Program-made: the position numbers and the translations under genes | Assembly: GCA_041389085.1 (NCBI GenBank) | Contig: JAWKSL010000001.1 | Coordinates: 34,921 to 98,920 of the forward strand | Length of the DNA stretch: 64,000 bases | DNA from: Minisyncoccota bacterium | GTDB taxonomy: Bacteria > Patescibacteriota > Minisyncoccia > UBA6257 > 1-14-0-10-44-23 | Direction: 5' to 3' | Part shown: piece by piece, positions 1 to 11,336 of the stretch | How the letters are laid out: each line of letters starts with the position of its first letter | How positions within the stretch are numbered: the first letter of the stretch is position 1 | Notes under the pieces: model-generated | Told to the model about the DNA's origin: nothing | The model's input: the letters and a program-made list of their open reading frames with translations, nothing else | The model's database searches: none

Positions 1-1836
1 CTTTCTTATGTTTTCTTGAGCGGCCTTTTGAGCAGCCTGCCAGACTTCGCCAAGCACTGCGCTGGCGTCTATTACTTGGTCTCTTTCTTGGCCTAACTGG
101 GCTAAAAGCTGGCGTTCTACCTCAACTATTTGCTCACTGCTATGTACTCTCTCAAGAGCCTCTTTTTCGCGCCTCTGATAGCCTTCTAAGCGGCTTCTGC
201 CCTCTTCTCTTGTGAGATCTAGGGCTTTGCCCATAACGCCCTTAAAACCGCTTAAAACGGCCCTTATCGGCCTGCTGTGGCTGTCTCCAAACTCGTTGTC
301 TACTTGCGTATATGCGCTCCTAAATCCGTAGAGGAAGGCGCCTGCATAAGTGCGCTTGGCTACAAGCTCTTCGCGCGTCTCTTTTCTCTTTTCTCTCTCT
401 GCCTTTGCTGCGTCTCCCGCTTCTTGGCCTTTTGTTTTCTGCTGCTCTATCGTCTCCTCCTTTTCGGCTATACTCTGACGAGTACGCTCAAGCTCGTTGG
501 CTAGGAAGTAGTTTTCTCCTATGCTCTCAATGTCTTCTATGGCCTGTTTTTGGAATTTGATAACGAGCTGCTTTTCTAGCCCTTTTTCAATTTCTGCTCC
601 GTGTTCAACTTTAAATATATCCCTTGCATTTGCTACGAAGGCCTTAGCTAGCTCTGGCGCATTCTTATAGGCTACCCAAGAGCGCACCATCTGCTCGCTA
701 TGATCTATATCTGGACTTGTTTCATAGTGAGCTGAAAATGCCCCTACAAAGCCTTTATCTGCTAGCGCTTGATCGAGAAGCTTTTGTTCCTCTGTTTTTG
801 ACTGCTCTCTTCTTACCTGCTCAATTCTTTCCTGAACGTAGGTTATGCTGTCACTATCTCTTCGCCCTTCGTCAACTACTTCTAGAGAGTCATTAAATGC
901 TTCTTTTTCAGTAACCTCACCCTTTTCGAGGGCCTCCATAATTTGGTCTACCCTTCCTCTTTGCTCCTCTGTAAGAGGTATATCTCTGCTTTCCTGAACC
1001 GACTCTTCTGTCTTTTCTGGAGCCTCTATCCTTACTCTCTGAGGTTCTTTTCCCTCTAAGTCCTCTACCTTGAACTGTGTATTCTCTGCGCTTTCTTGTT
1101 CTTTCTTTTGCTCAATCTCCCTCTCTTTATCTGCTTCTTCCGGTATCTCCTGCTCTTCGAAGTGCTGATCTTCGTCCTTTTGCGTTGGCTCGTAGTCTAA
1201 AATATTTGTTACTATCTCGCTAAATCTCCTCTGCACGGGCATTGCGATTTTATCAACCTGAGCCTTGCTTAGACCCTCTTTTTCCGACAGGGTGTCTTTT
1301 GCTTCCTTAAGAATTTCTCTAAAACGCTCCTGGGCTTCTGTTTCATTTATTCTTTCTACTTCTAGCTCATCAAAAATTTCCCCAACACCTGCTTTTAGTG
1401 CATCTCTGAGTTCGTCTTTGTACCTTGAGAATTCTTTGCTTGATAAAGCCTTCCGTTTCACCGCAGCTTCTGGCTGCTCCGGAGTAATTTTCTGATAGGC
1501 TCTCTCTGCACGCTTAAAATCACTTTTGAATGATGTGACTATTTTCTCTGCATCTTCATCGCTGCACTTTCCCTCAAGAAGTCGCTTCACGTAGTCAGGT
1601 AGCTCAGCAATGAACCGCCCTGCCTCTTCTTTGGAAATTGCCCCTTTTTCGCAATCTGAATGAACCTCCCTAATGTGCACGTTTAGAGCCTTTCTTGTTT
1701 CTGCCCTTAATGCACTTACCTCGGGCGATCTTTCACGTTCTAAAATTTTTCTAGCAGCACTGAGCTTTTCTTCACTGATCTGATCTACATCTCCTGCAGC
1801 ATCTTGTATTTGCGCTAATTCTCCGCTTTTCTCCAT
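1..1836 (-). CDS. Large charged hypothetical protein (3' end outside window)
   Basis: ATG at 1836 just after a TATAAT. The frame is open at the window edge and appears Glu/Arg/Lys-rich; it is missing from the ORF track, presumably because no stop is reached. Confidence 0.7.
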   Translation of the reverse strand, partial: MEKSGELAQIQDAAGDVDQISEEKLSAARKILERERSPEVSALRAETRKALNVHIREVHSDCEKGAISKEEAGRFIAELPDYVKRLLEGKCSDEDAEKIVTSFKSDFKRAERAYQKITPEQPEAAVKRKALSSKEFSRYKDELRDALKAGVGEIFDELEVERINETEAQERFREILKEAKDTLSEKEGLSKAQVDKIAMPVQRRFSEIVTNILDYEPTQKDEDQHFEEQEIPEEADKEREIEQKKEQESAENTQFKVEDLEGKEPQRVRIEAPEKTEESVQESRDIPLTEEQRGRVDQIMEALEKGEVTEKEAFNDSLEVVDEGRRDSDSITYVQERIEQVRREQSKTEEQKLLDQALADKGFVGAFSAHYETSPDIDHSEQMVRSWVAYKNAPELAKAFVANARDIFKVEHGAEIEKGLEKQLVIKFQKQAIEDIESIGENYFLANELERTRQSIAEKEETIEQQKTKGQEAGDAAKAEREKRKETREELVAKRTYAGAFLYGFRSAYTQVDNEFGDSHSRPIRAVLSGFKGVMGKALDLTREEGRSRLEGYQRREKEALERVHSSEQIVEVERQLLAQLGQERDQVIDASAVLGEVWQAAQKAAQENIRK

Positions 1837-1975
1837 AAAAGCATTATACCTTAGAACTAGATTTTAGAGGCTCGATTTTAGACGTTGGAATAGCGCTCAA
1901 ACAAAACACTACAACAAATCCGGCCGGATATGATATAGTGCTTTTCTTGATTTGGCGGCTCCTGAGCGTACGCCC

Positions 1976-2069
1976 GCCCAGAACTTTAACGGCTCACACG
2001 TACGTGTGAGCCGTTAAAGTTCTGGGCTAGAACGTAGTATTGATGCGCCCCTGTCCGTGTGAGGCGTTT
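1976..2069. repeat. Dispersed palindromic repeat, copy 1 (52-bp perfect palindrome 1976-2027 plus shared tail)
   Basis: Core aactttaacggctcacacgtacgtgtgagccgttaaagtt recurs at 21909 and 51622; tail gcgcccct.tccgtgtgaggcgttt is shared with the 21.9-kb copy. Confidence 0.95.
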
Positions 2070-2080
2070 AAATCAAATGC

Positions 2081-2290
2081 CTATCGGGTGGTGAATGGAA
2101 GAAGAGCCATGTGGCGAGCGCGCTTGATAGCTACTGCCAATTGACGCTGGTATTTTGCACTGGTGCCGGTGTACTTTGGGTCGATTATCTTCCCTTGTGC
2201 AGAAACGAAACGCTTAAGAAGATCGATGTCTTTGTAGTCGATGTACTTTATGTTTTGGCTTCTAAAGTGGCACTGCTTTTGTTTTTTCAT
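2081..2290 (-). CDS. rpsR: 30S ribosomal protein S18
   Basis: [36 protein letters not shown]; rpsF-ssb-rpsR order. Confidence 0.97.
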   Translation of the reverse strand: MKKQKQCHFRSQNIKYIDYKDIDLLKRFVSAQGKIIDPKYTGTSAKYQRQLAVAIKRARHMALLPFTTR

Positions 2291-2294
2291 ATAT

Positions 2295-2759
2295 CTAGAA
2301 TGGTAAATCTTCTGGCTTTATCTCATCGTCGAGGTCTATGGTTGGAATTTCTTCCTCTTTTACCTCTTGGCTTTGATTTTCTTGGCTTGCTACTGGCTTA
2401 CTGAATGAGGGGCTTGGACCTGAACTTCCCCCTCCTGCCTTGGCACCAAACTGTACTCTGTCGGCGATAATTTCAGTAACGTAGCGCTTGTTTCCTGACT
2501 GGTCTTCGTAGTTTCTGGTTTGAATTCTTCCCTCTACAAGGGCCTCTTGGCCTTTTTTGAGGTACTGCGCTGCTGTTTCTGCCTGCTTACCCCACACAAC
2601 AATGTTGTGGAACTCAGTCTCTTCTTGGCGCTGACCGTCTTTTGTCCAGTAGCGGTTTGTTGCTACTGAGAAACTTGCTACGCTCTGACCTGTTTTTGTT
2701 GATCTGAGCTGTGGGTCAGCTGTGAGTCTACCGATGATGTAAGCCTTGTTAAGATTCAT
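2295..2759 (-). CDS. ssb: Single-stranded DNA-binding protein
   Basis: [23 protein letters not shown], acidic C-terminus DLPF. Confidence 0.97.
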   Translation of the reverse strand: MNLNKAYIIGRLTADPQLRSTKTGQSVASFSVATNRYWTKDGQRQEETEFHNIVVWGKQAETAAQYLKKGQEALVEGRIQTRNYEDQSGNKRYVTEIIADRVQFGAKAGGGSSGPSPSFSKPVASQENQSQEVKEEEIPTIDLDDEIKPEDLPF

Positions 2760-3151
2760 TAACTTACGAGTTCTTCAAGCTTTTCTTCGAGCTTTTCGTT
2801 GCTTAGATTTTCGATATTTTCAACCTTGGTCTTTGCTGCCTTCTTTTGCTTCTTTTCTTTCGTTTCTGGCTTTGGAAGCTTGATTACAAGAATACGGAGC
2901 ACCTCAGGGGTCATTTCGAGCTTATCTGAAAGCACTTTGATGTTTTCTGGGTTTTCAGCGGTAAAGTGCAGATAGCCAAATTGTCCTGTGGTTTGCTTCT
3001 TTATTTCGTAGGCAAGGCGGATGTCTTTGAGCTCTCCCTCGTGTACAAGATCAAGTGAGCTTGCCTTTAGGAGGTCTAAAACAACGCTTTTTTCTACCCC
3101 GTCTTTGAGAAGGTAGCCAAGTTCGTAGATTGTCTTTGTTTCTTTTTCCAT
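2759..3151 (-). CDS. rpsF: 30S ribosomal protein S6
   Basis: YELGYLL, RLAYEIKKQTTG, VLRILVIK; directly upstream of ssb. Confidence 0.9.
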   Translation of the reverse strand: MEKETKTIYELGYLLKDGVEKSVVLDLLKASSLDLVHEGELKDIRLAYEIKKQTTGQFGYLHFTAENPENIKVLSDKLEMTPEVLRILVIKLPKPETKEKKQKKAAKTKVENIENLSNEKLEEKLEELVS

Positions 3152-3206
3152 TCTGTATGTTTTATTGGGTAAGCTTGAAATTAACAGATTTTGAGCTTCT
3201 GGTCAA

Positions 3207-6200
3207 CTAGGCTAGAGCCTCTTCGTCGTCTTCGCCAGTATCGTTGTTAAAGGCCTGATCTCCGAGGTAGTTGAGCCCTACTGGGATGGTGCGACCGATA
3301 ATAACGTTTTCCTTAAGACCGCGGAGCTTGTCTACCTTTCCGTCGAGGGCGCTTGCGATAAGAACGCGAGCGGTTTCTTGGAAGGATGCTGCTGAAAGGA
3401 AGCTTTCGGTTGAAAGTGCCACCTTGGTGATTCCCATAAGGATCTGCTTTGCCTTTGCAGGGGCTTTACCAGCCTTTTTCAGCTCTGCGTTCATTTCCTT
3501 AAACTGGCTTTTTTCGAGCACTTCACCGCGAACGAGGTCGCTGTCTCCTGCGTCTTGAATCTTTACGCGTGAAAACATTTGGCGAGCGATAAGCTCAATG
3601 TGCTTGTCGTTGATGTTTGCACCTTCGCTTGCGTACACTTGCTGTACTCCCTTTACGATTTCGCGCTCTACGTCGTCTGAACCTTTTGCTTCAAAGAGTT
3701 CGCGGAGGTCGAGGTTTCCTTCACAGAGTCTTTGCCCTGCTTTTACCTCGTCTCCTACGTTTACGAGAAGTTCGTTGCTGTTTGGAATTGGATATTCGTT
3801 TCCTTTTTCTTTCTTCGCAGCTCCTTCACGAACAACCTTAACGATACGAAGTCCTTCGCGCTGTTCGATGTCTACCACTACTCCGTCTTCCTTTGCTACG
3901 AAAGCCTTTCCTTTTGGAGGGCGTACTTCGAAAATTTCAACTACACGTGGAAGTCCGTGGGTAATGTCGGCTCCAGCAACTCCTCCGATGTGGAAGGTTC
4001 TCATGGTGAGCTGAGTTCCTGGCTCTCCGATTGACTGTGCTGCTACTACTCCTACTGCCTCTCCCTTTTCGATTGGCTTGTTCTTTCCAAGGTCGAATCC
4101 GTAACACTTTGCACAAAGTCCGTAGAGTGTGTTGCAGGTAAGTGGTGAGCGCACTACTACGTTGTCTGCTGTAGTCTTTTCTATTTCTTCTGCAACCTGG
4201 CGAGTGATGATTTCCCCTGCTTTTACGAGCGTCTTTTTACCATCCTTTACATCTGCTCCTGCAGTGCGTCCGAAGAGACGGTCTGCATAGCTTACGCCCT
4301 GAATACTGTCGCTATCTTCGCGGCGGAGTTCGATGGTTTTCTTTGTTTTACAGTCGTCTTCACGGATAACAAGGTCTTGAGACACGTCTACGAGCTTACG
4401 AGTAAGGTATCCAGCCTGCGCAGTCTTAAGAGCAGTGTCGGTGGTTCCTTTTCGAGCTCCGTGAGTTGAGTTGAAGTACTCAAGCACGTTGAACCCTTCT
4501 TTGAATGAAGACTTGATAGGAAGCTCAATGCTTTCTCCTTGTGAGTTCTGCACCATTCCTTTCATACCGGTAACCTGAGTGATCTGAGTCCAACTTCCAC
4601 GAGCTCCTGATGCAACGATTGAGTATACTGAACCGTTTTTGTCGAGTGTTTCTGGAACGAGCTTTGCCACCTCTTCTTTTGCATCGCGCCAAATTGAGGT
4701 AATTCTGGTGTGGCGCTCCTCGTCGGTAAGAAGCCCTTGGTTGAACTGATCCCAAACTTCTGCAACTTTCTTTGCTCCTTCTCCAAGAATTTCTTCTTTC
4801 TTTTCTGGAACAACAAGGTCGTCCATTGACCAGGTAATTCCTGATCTGGTTGCGTAGTGGAATCCGATCTTTTTAATAGTGTCGAGGTAGTGTGGTGCTT
4901 TATCTGCCCCGTAGGTGTCGATGATGCCTGAAACGATTTTCTTTAGCTTCTTCTTTCCTACTTCTTCGTTTACGAATGGGTATTCTACTGGAAGCGTTGA
5001 GTTAAACATAACGCGCCCTACTGAGGTTTCTACTTTTCCAATCTTTTCTCCGTAGATCTTGATGTTTGCGTTGATGTCGATGATGCCGTTTTCGTAGGCC
5101 AAAAGAGCCTCGTTTCGAGATGAGAATGCACGGCCCTCTCCCTTTGCTCCTTCTCTAATGCGGGTGAGGTAGTACACACCAAGCACGATATCTTGTGCTG
5201 GCACTACGATTGGGTCTCCGGTAGATGGTTTGAGGAGGTTTTTGCTTGAAAGCATAACTTCTCCTGCTTCACGCTGCGCTTCTGCTGAAAGTGGAAGGTG
5301 CACAGCCATCTGGTCTCCGTCGAAGTCGGCGTTAAACGCTGGACATACAAGCGGGTGAAGACGAATAGCAAAGTCTTCGATAAGGAGTGGCTCAAACGCC
5401 TGAATTCCGAGACGGTGGAGGGTTGGTGCACGGTTGAGAAGAACTTTTTTTCCGGCAATAACCTCTTCAAGGATTTCCCATACTTCTGGGCCCTTTGCGT
5501 CGATCAGCTTGTTTGAGTTCTTTACGTTGTGGGCAAGTTCGCGCTCGATTATCTTTGCGATAACAAATGGTCTAAAGAGCTCGAGAGCCATCTTCTTTGG
5601 AAGTCCACATTGGTGGAGCTTAAGCTCTGGACCTGCAACGATAACGCTTCGTCCTGAGTAGTCTACACGCTTACCAAGAAGGTTCTGGCGGAAGCGCCCT
5701 TGCTTTCCTTTAAGCATGTCTGAAATTGAACGGAGTGGGCGGCGCTGTGAGTTAAGCTGCTGACTTCCTTGGCGAGCAGAGTTGTCTACGAGTGCGTCTA
5801 CGGCTTCCTGGAGCATGCGCTTTTCGTTTATCAGAATAACCTCTGGCGCACGGAGCTCCATAAGCTTCTTAAGACGGTTGTTTCTGTTGATAACGCGGCG
5901 GTACAAGTCGTTTAAGTCGCTTGTCGCGTAACGTCCTCCGTCGAGTGCAACCATTGGGCGAAGGTCTGGTGGAATAACTGGGAGTACGGTAAGAATCATC
6001 CACTCTGGGCGCATATCTTCAGCAATCATTGAAGAAATCATCTTCAAGCGCTTAAGGTTTCGCACCTGACGAACTGAGTCTACTTTGTCCTTATCTATCT
6101 CTTTCTGAACTGCTTTTTTATATTCTTTAAGGTCTATCTTCTTAAGAATCTTTTGAATTGCTTCAGCTCCGATACCTGCCTCAAATACGTCTCCGAAACG

Positions 6201-6821
6201 AGCTGAGAGTGTGTAGTATTCGTTTTCTGAAAGCACCGCTCCTGGTACGAGAGCTTCAACTTCCTTCTTAGTGTCGGTTGCTGCCTTCTTAAGATCGGTA
6301 AGGTCGATACCTTCGTCTTTTACGGTCTTCTTTCGAGACTTAAACTCTGATTCGATTTGCTCAATAGCAGCTTTTTTCTTGTCTTCGTCGATGCTGGTAA
6401 CTATGTATGCTGCGTAGTAAATAACCTTCTCAAGCTTTGGAAGTGGAATATCGAGGAAAAGACTAAGCTTTGAAGGGATGTTTTTAAAGAACCAGATGTG
6501 CGCTACTGGAGCGGCAAGAGTGATGTGTCCCATGCGCTCACGGCGAACAACAGCGCGGGTAACTTCAACGTTACACTTATCGCACACTACTCCTTTGTAT
6601 CGAATTCGGCGGTACTTTCCACAGTAACACTCCCAATCTTTTGTTGGTCCGAAAATGCGCTCTGAAAAGAGTCCGTCTTTTTCTGGGCGCTGGGTTCGGT
6701 AGTTGATGGTCTCTGGCTTTATGACCTCTCCGTATGACCAGCCGAGAATGTTTTCTGGCGAAGCGATCTTAAGCTGGATCGCTTTGAATTGCTCTGGAGT
6801 CATTTTTGTTTTTAGTGCCAT
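3207..6821 (-). CDS. rpoC: RNA polymerase beta' subunit
   Basis: NADFDGD catalytic motif, N-terminal Zn finger, [12 protein letters not shown]. Confidence 0.99.
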   Translation of the reverse strand: MALKTKMTPEQFKAIQLKIASPENILGWSYGEVIKPETINYRTQRPEKDGLFSERIFGPTKDWECYCGKYRRIRYKGVVCDKCNVEVTRAVVRRERMGHITLAAPVAHIWFFKNIPSKLSLFLDIPLPKLEKVIYYAAYIVTSIDEDKKKAAIEQIESEFKSRKKTVKDEGIDLTDLKKAATDTKKEVEALVPGAVLSENEYYTLSARFGDVFEAGIGAEAIQKILKKIDLKEYKKAVQKEIDKDKVDSVRQVRNLKRLKMISSMIAEDMRPEWMILTVLPVIPPDLRPMVALDGGRYATSDLNDLYRRVINRNNRLKKLMELRAPEVILINEKRMLQEAVDALVDNSARQGSQQLNSQRRPLRSISDMLKGKQGRFRQNLLGKRVDYSGRSVIVAGPELKLHQCGLPKKMALELFRPFVIAKIIERELAHNVKNSNKLIDAKGPEVWEILEEVIAGKKVLLNRAPTLHRLGIQAFEPLLIEDFAIRLHPLVCPAFNADFDGDQMAVHLPLSAEAQREAGEVMLSSKNLLKPSTGDPIVVPAQDIVLGVYYLTRIREGAKGEGRAFSSRNEALLAYENGIIDINANIKIYGEKIGKVETSVGRVMFNSTLPVEYPFVNEEVGKKKLKKIVSGIIDTYGADKAPHYLDTIKKIGFHYATRSGITWSMDDLVVPEKKEEILGEGAKKVAEVWDQFNQGLLTDEERHTRITSIWRDAKEEVAKLVPETLDKNGSVYSIVASGARGSWTQITQVTGMKGMVQNSQGESIELPIKSSFKEGFNVLEYFNSTHGARKGTTDTALKTAQAGYLTRKLVDVSQDLVIREDDCKTKKTIELRREDSDSIQGVSYADRLFGRTAGADVKDGKKTLVKAGEIITRQVAEEIEKTTADNVVVRSPLTCNTLYGLCAKCYGFDLGKNKPIEKGEAVGVVAAQSIGEPGTQLTMRTFHIGGVAGADITHGLPRVVEIFEVRPPKGKAFVAKEDGVVVDIEQREGLRIVKVVREGAAKKEKGNEYPIPNSNELLVNVGDEVKAGQRLCEGNLDLRELFEAKGSDDVEREIVKGVQQVYASEGANINDKHIELIARQMFSRVKIQDAGDSDLVRGEVLEKSQFKEMNAELKKAGKAPAKAKQILMGITKVALSTESFLSAASFQETARVLIASALDGKVDKLRGLKENVIIGRTIPVGLNYLGDQAFNNDTGEDDEEALA

Positions 6822-6842
6822 ATATTTTTATGTAAGCGCGAT

Positions 6843-9800
6843 TTATTTTTTCTTTGAACCCTTTGTCTTTGGACCTTTACTGAAGGGCTTGCCGTCTTCA
6901 TCGAGCATGATGAGGTTGAGCGAAAGCGCTTTAAGTTCGTTGAGCAACACGTTGAATGCCGCTGGTGCATTTGGGCTCTTTATTCTTTCTTGGCGGATGA
7001 TAGCCTCGTATGCACTTGCACGTCCGGTAACGTCGTCACTTTTAATAGTGAGCATTTCTTGAAGCACGGTTGGCACCGCGTATCCTTCAAGAGCCCACAC
7101 CTCCATCTCTCCGAATCTCTGTCCTCCTGACTGAGCTTTTCCTCCGAGTGGCTGCTGAGTAATAAGAGAGTATGGACCAATTGATCGCATGTGGATCTTG
7201 TCTTCTACAAGGTGGTTGAGCTTGAGCATGTAGATAATACCTACCGTAACCTTCTGATCGAATGGCTTTCCGGTGCGTCCGTCGATAAGCGTTACCTTTC
7301 CATCTGCTGGAAGCTTTGCTGCCTTGAGCTCGTCTTGAATGTCTTTCCAGCTTGCTCCTGAGAGTGATGGGGTTTGTGCTCGATATTCGAGTGTTTCAGC
7401 TGCCCATCCAAGACTGGTTTCCATGATCTGTCCGATGTTCATACGAGAAGCAACTCCGAGTGGGTTCAAAATAATGTCTACTGGAGTTCCGTCTTCCATG
7501 TGTGGCATGTCTTCTACTGGAAGAATCTTTGAGATAACACCTTTGTTTCCGTGTCGTCCTGCAAGCTTGTCTCCCACGCGCACTTTTCTAAGCTGAGCTA
7601 TCTCAACCTGAATGCGCTTAATAACTCCTGGCTCGAGCTTGTCTCCGCGCTCACGAGCAAAGATTTTTACTCCTACAACACGCCCACTCTTTCCGTGTGG
7701 CATGGTAAGACTGGTGTCTTTTACGTCGCGAGCTTTTTCACCAAAGATAGCGCGAAGAAGGCGCTCTTCACTGGTAAGTTCGCTCTCTCCTTTTGGAGAA
7801 ATCTTTCCTACGAGAATGTCGCCGCTGCGCACTTCTGCTCCGATGCGGATAATTCCCTCTTCGTCGAGGTTTTTGAGCTTGTCTTCGCTTACGTTTGGAA
7901 TGTCTGGAGTGGTTTGCTCAGGACCAAGCTTGGTGTCGCGCACGTCGATCGTAAAGTCGTCGATGTGGATTGAAGTAAAGCGATCTTCGTGTACTACGCG
8001 CTCTGAAAGAATGATAGCGTCTTCGTAGTTTGCTCCTCCCCATGAGAGGAAGGCTACGCGAAGGTTTTGTCCGAGCGCGAGCGCTCCGTTGTCGATACTT
8101 GGACCATCGGTCATTATCTGCCCCTTCTTAAGAGTCTGTCCTGGCTTCACGAGTGGCTTCTGGTTGATGGTGGTGTACTGGTTTGCTGCCTTAAACTTGG
8201 TGAGCTTGTACTCCTTCAGTGCTCCCTTTCCTTTTTCGCCCTTGAGTGAAAGCACTATTTTTGAAGCATCTACTTCCTTTACCGTAGCTTCTGATGGAGC
8301 GGTAAATACGTATCCACTGTCGAGTGCTGCTTTTTCTTCCATTCCGGTTCCTACGTATGGTGCGTCTGGAATAATTGAAGGAACTGCTTGGCGTTGCATG
8401 TTGCTTCCCATCAGTGCACGGTTTGCGTCGTCGTGCTCAAGGAATGGGATAAGTGAGGTAGCAACAGAAATAGTCTGGCGTGGTGCTACGTCGAAAAAGT
8501 CTACTTCGCTCTTCTTTACACTTACTGGCTCTCCTTTAACACGAGCGCTTACCGTTGGCTTAAGAATTTCTCCGGTGTCTTTTATTTCTGTACCTGCGTG
8601 AGCGATGATGTGGCTTTCTTCTTGGTGTGCGTTAAGCCAAGCAACTTTTCCTGTTACCTTTCCATCTTTTACTTCTAAGTATGCAGTTTCAACGAAACCA
8701 AAGTCGTTGAGGCGTGCGTAGTTTGCAAGCTGGTTTACCAACCCGATGTTTGGTCCTTCTGGGGTTTGGATTGGACAAATACGTCCGTAGTGGCTTCGGT
8801 GAACGTCGCGTACTTCGAATCCTGCGCGCTCGCGGGTAAGCCCTCCAGGACCCATCGCAGAAATACGGCGCTTGTGCTCGATTTCAGCAAGCGGGTTTAT
8901 CTGGTCCATGTACTGAGAGAGCTGTGAGCTTGAGAAGAAATCGCGGATGATTGAAATAACTGGGCGCGCGTTTACCAGCTGCACTGGGTTGAGAAGCTCT
9001 GGGTCGAGCGTACTCATTCTGTCTTGCACGATACGGCGAAGACGAGCCATTCCGATGCGGAGGCGGTTTTGAAGTTGCTCTCCTGCGGTACGAACGCGGC
9101 GGTTTCCAAGGTGGTCGATGTCGTCGCCTTCTGAAGTTGGGTCGTTGTTAAGACGGATAAGCTCGCGGATGATTGAAACGATGTCGTCCAAATCAAGAAG
9201 AAGGTTGTCTTTCTTCTTTATATTAAGTCTTTCGTTGAACTTAAATCGTCCTACTTTTGAAAGGTCGTAGCGGTCGTCGCGCTGGAACATCGCGTCGATA
9301 AGGCTCATCGCGTTTTCTGCAGTTGCGAGGTCTCCTGGGCGGATGCGGCGGTAAATTTCGATGTATGCGTCTTCTTTTGTCTTTACGCTGTCTTTCTTTA
9401 TAGTCTTTTCAATAGCACCTTCGGTGTCGATGTCTGCAAAAAGCTTTTGCATTTGGTCAGTTTCATTGAGACCAAAAATGCGAAGCAAGGTGCTTACTGG
9501 AGCTTTTCGGCGGCGGTCGATCTTAACGCTGAGCGATCCATCTGCGTCGGTTTCAAACTCGAGCCATGCTCCACGGCTTGGGATAACCTTTGCGCTAAAG
9601 CGCTTCTTTCCGCGTACGAGTGAGGCGCTGTAGTAAACACCTGGTGAGCGGATAAGCTGACTGATAACTACCTTTTCGTTTCCGTTGATAATAAAGGTAC
9701 CGCGGTCGGTCATAAGTGGAAGGTCACCAAAGTACACTTCCTGCTCTTTTGTTTCTTTTGTTTGTCCGTTTACCAGCTTTACCTTTACGCGAAGAGGAGC

Positions 9801-10091
9801 TTCGAAGGTAAGGTCTTTAAACTTTGCATACTCTTCATCGTACTTTGGCTCGTCGAAGTAGTAGTCGCCAAAATAAAGCTCGATGTTTTTGCCGGCGTAG
9901 TCAGTGATAGGAGATATTTCGTCGAAAAGCTCACGAAGACCCTCCTTCAATATCCACTCATATGAGTTAGTTTGGATTTCTGCCAAGTTTGGCTGGGCGA
10001 TGTCTTTTCCTCTAAATGAGGTAAACATCTTTGTCTTTACTGGAGTGCGCTTTCTTTCAGCGACTGCTCCTTTTGTGCTTTTCTTTTGCAT
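6843..10091 (-). CDS. rpoB: RNA polymerase beta subunit
   Basis: GDKLAGRHGNKG, GGQRFGEMEVWALE, HYGRICPIQTPEG. Confidence 0.99.
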   Translation of the reverse strand: MQKKSTKGAVAERKRTPVKTKMFTSFRGKDIAQPNLAEIQTNSYEWILKEGLRELFDEISPITDYAGKNIELYFGDYYFDEPKYDEEYAKFKDLTFEAPLRVKVKLVNGQTKETKEQEVYFGDLPLMTDRGTFIINGNEKVVISQLIRSPGVYYSASLVRGKKRFSAKVIPSRGAWLEFETDADGSLSVKIDRRRKAPVSTLLRIFGLNETDQMQKLFADIDTEGAIEKTIKKDSVKTKEDAYIEIYRRIRPGDLATAENAMSLIDAMFQRDDRYDLSKVGRFKFNERLNIKKKDNLLLDLDDIVSIIRELIRLNNDPTSEGDDIDHLGNRRVRTAGEQLQNRLRIGMARLRRIVQDRMSTLDPELLNPVQLVNARPVISIIRDFFSSSQLSQYMDQINPLAEIEHKRRISAMGPGGLTRERAGFEVRDVHRSHYGRICPIQTPEGPNIGLVNQLANYARLNDFGFVETAYLEVKDGKVTGKVAWLNAHQEESHIIAHAGTEIKDTGEILKPTVSARVKGEPVSVKKSEVDFFDVAPRQTISVATSLIPFLEHDDANRALMGSNMQRQAVPSIIPDAPYVGTGMEEKAALDSGYVFTAPSEATVKEVDASKIVLSLKGEKGKGALKEYKLTKFKAANQYTTINQKPLVKPGQTLKKGQIMTDGPSIDNGALALGQNLRVAFLSWGGANYEDAIILSERVVHEDRFTSIHIDDFTIDVRDTKLGPEQTTPDIPNVSEDKLKNLDEEGIIRIGAEVRSGDILVGKISPKGESELTSEERLLRAIFGEKARDVKDTSLTMPHGKSGRVVGVKIFARERGDKLEPGVIKRIQVEIAQLRKVRVGDKLAGRHGNKGVISKILPVEDMPHMEDGTPVDIILNPLGVASRMNIGQIMETSLGWAAETLEYRAQTPSLSGASWKDIQDELKAAKLPADGKVTLIDGRTGKPFDQKVTVGIIYMLKLNHLVEDKIHMRSIGPYSLITQQPLGGKAQSGGQRFGEMEVWALEGYAVPTVLQEMLTIKSDDVTGRASAYEAIIRQERIKSPNAPAAFNVLLNELKALSLNLIMLDEDGKPFSKGPKTKGSKKK

Positions 10092-10302
10092 GGGGTAAGT
10101 GAGGGTTATTTTTTAAACTTGGTGCAACACACTGGCTCCGCTTCCTTGGCGGAGTGCACCTTTTGTATCCTTACTAAAAAAGAAAATAGCCCATTTGGAA
10201 TGGGTTTTTGTTTCTCCTCTCTTTTTATAGAATGCCGGCTGACATTGAAAAATTCGAAGGATACACTACGGGGCGCTTTGTAGCTCCGTTAGTTGTCCAG
10301 TC

Positions 10303-10331
10303 AATTTAGCCTGTTTACATAAAAAGGTCAA
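10303..10331 (-). promoter_or_regulatory. Putative sigma70 promoter of rpoBC
   Basis: TTGACC-17 nt-TAAATT on the minus strand, about 210 nt upstream of rpoB. Confidence 0.55.
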
Positions 10332-10366
10332 GTGTCAAGACCCCCTTCTGGGGATAAGTCAGCCCC

Positions 10367-11305
10367 TTAGCGAAGGTGCTCTGCCCTTTTGGTGTCGTGC
10401 TCGTCGAAGGTCTCTGAGAAGAGCGTCTCCCCTGTTTCTGGCTGGCTAAGGTAGTAAAAATAGTTTGATGGGGTCGGGTTAAGCGCTGCTTCTATCGCCT
10501 CGAGGCCTGGATTTGCTATCGGAGTTGGTGGTAGGCCGGCAAACTGGTAGGTATCGTACGCTTCTCCGTAGTCTTTGGCGTAGATAAGGGTGGCGTCGAG
10601 CTGAAGCCCCATACCTATCTCAAGCCTGTTTTGAATAACGCCCGAGACAAGCTTTCTATCTTCTATGTGCGGAACTTCCTTTTCTATCATTGAAGCGATG
10701 ATGAGAGCGTCGTAGGGAGCCTTTGCTTCAGCAAGCATTGGGAGCGCCTTCTCTTCGAAGTTGCCCAAGAACCTTTGCAGTATTTCTTCTGGAAGAAGAG
10801 CTGGGCTGAGTTGGTAGGTGTCTGGGAACAAATACCCCTCAAGCGAAGTCCTGCCCTCTAAGAAGGGAAAGTCGCCCACAAGATCTTTGATTGGAAATTC
10901 TTTGATTTGCCCTCTTTTGATAAGGCCAAACTCTGCAAGACGCTCATCTATTTGGTCTACTGTCTTCCCTTCTTGAATAAGGAAGGTAACTTCGTTGTCT
11001 GGGCCGGAAATAAACTTCTCGGTGATTTCTTTTACGCTATTTGCTTTCGAAATAAGGTAAAGCCCTGGCTTAAGCTGGTGCGCTGTTCCTTTCAAGACAC
11101 TGTAGAGCTTAAAAAACTTTTTTGATCGTATAAGGCCTTGGTCTTCAAGGTGCGTAGCAATTTCGTCGAGACTTGAACCCTTTTCGATTGAGAACTCGTG
11201 GATCTTTGGATCGTTTGCTACTGGTCCAAAGTTGAACACTGCGTATGGCAACCAGAGAAGAAAGACTATAATTCCTAGCGAGAGTAGCTTGATGAGTGTT
11301 TTCAT
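10367..11305 (-). CDS. mltG: Endolytic transglycosylase MltG (YceG family)
   Basis: N-terminal TM segment, LEGYLFPDTY, IIASMIEKE, GLPPTPIANPG. Confidence 0.93.
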   Translation of the reverse strand: MKTLIKLLSLGIIVFLLWLPYAVFNFGPVANDPKIHEFSIEKGSSLDEIATHLEDQGLIRSKKFFKLYSVLKGTAHQLKPGLYLISKANSVKEITEKFISGPDNEVTFLIQEGKTVDQIDERLAEFGLIKRGQIKEFPIKDLVGDFPFLEGRTSLEGYLFPDTYQLSPALLPEEILQRFLGNFEEKALPMLAEAKAPYDALIIASMIEKEVPHIEDRKLVSGVIQNRLEIGMGLQLDATLIYAKDYGEAYDTYQFAGLPPTPIANPGLEAIEAALNPTPSNYFYYLSQPETGETLFSETFDEHDTKRAEHLR

Positions 11306-11336
11306 AACTTAATAAAGACTAGCAGATTCGGTGGGG

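Noticed and set aside
3271-9965. Many 60-190 aa ORFs antisense to rpoBC (likewise over tuf, fusA and ribosomal protein genes)
   Set aside because: Codon-bias shadows of conserved genes with no independent expression signals.
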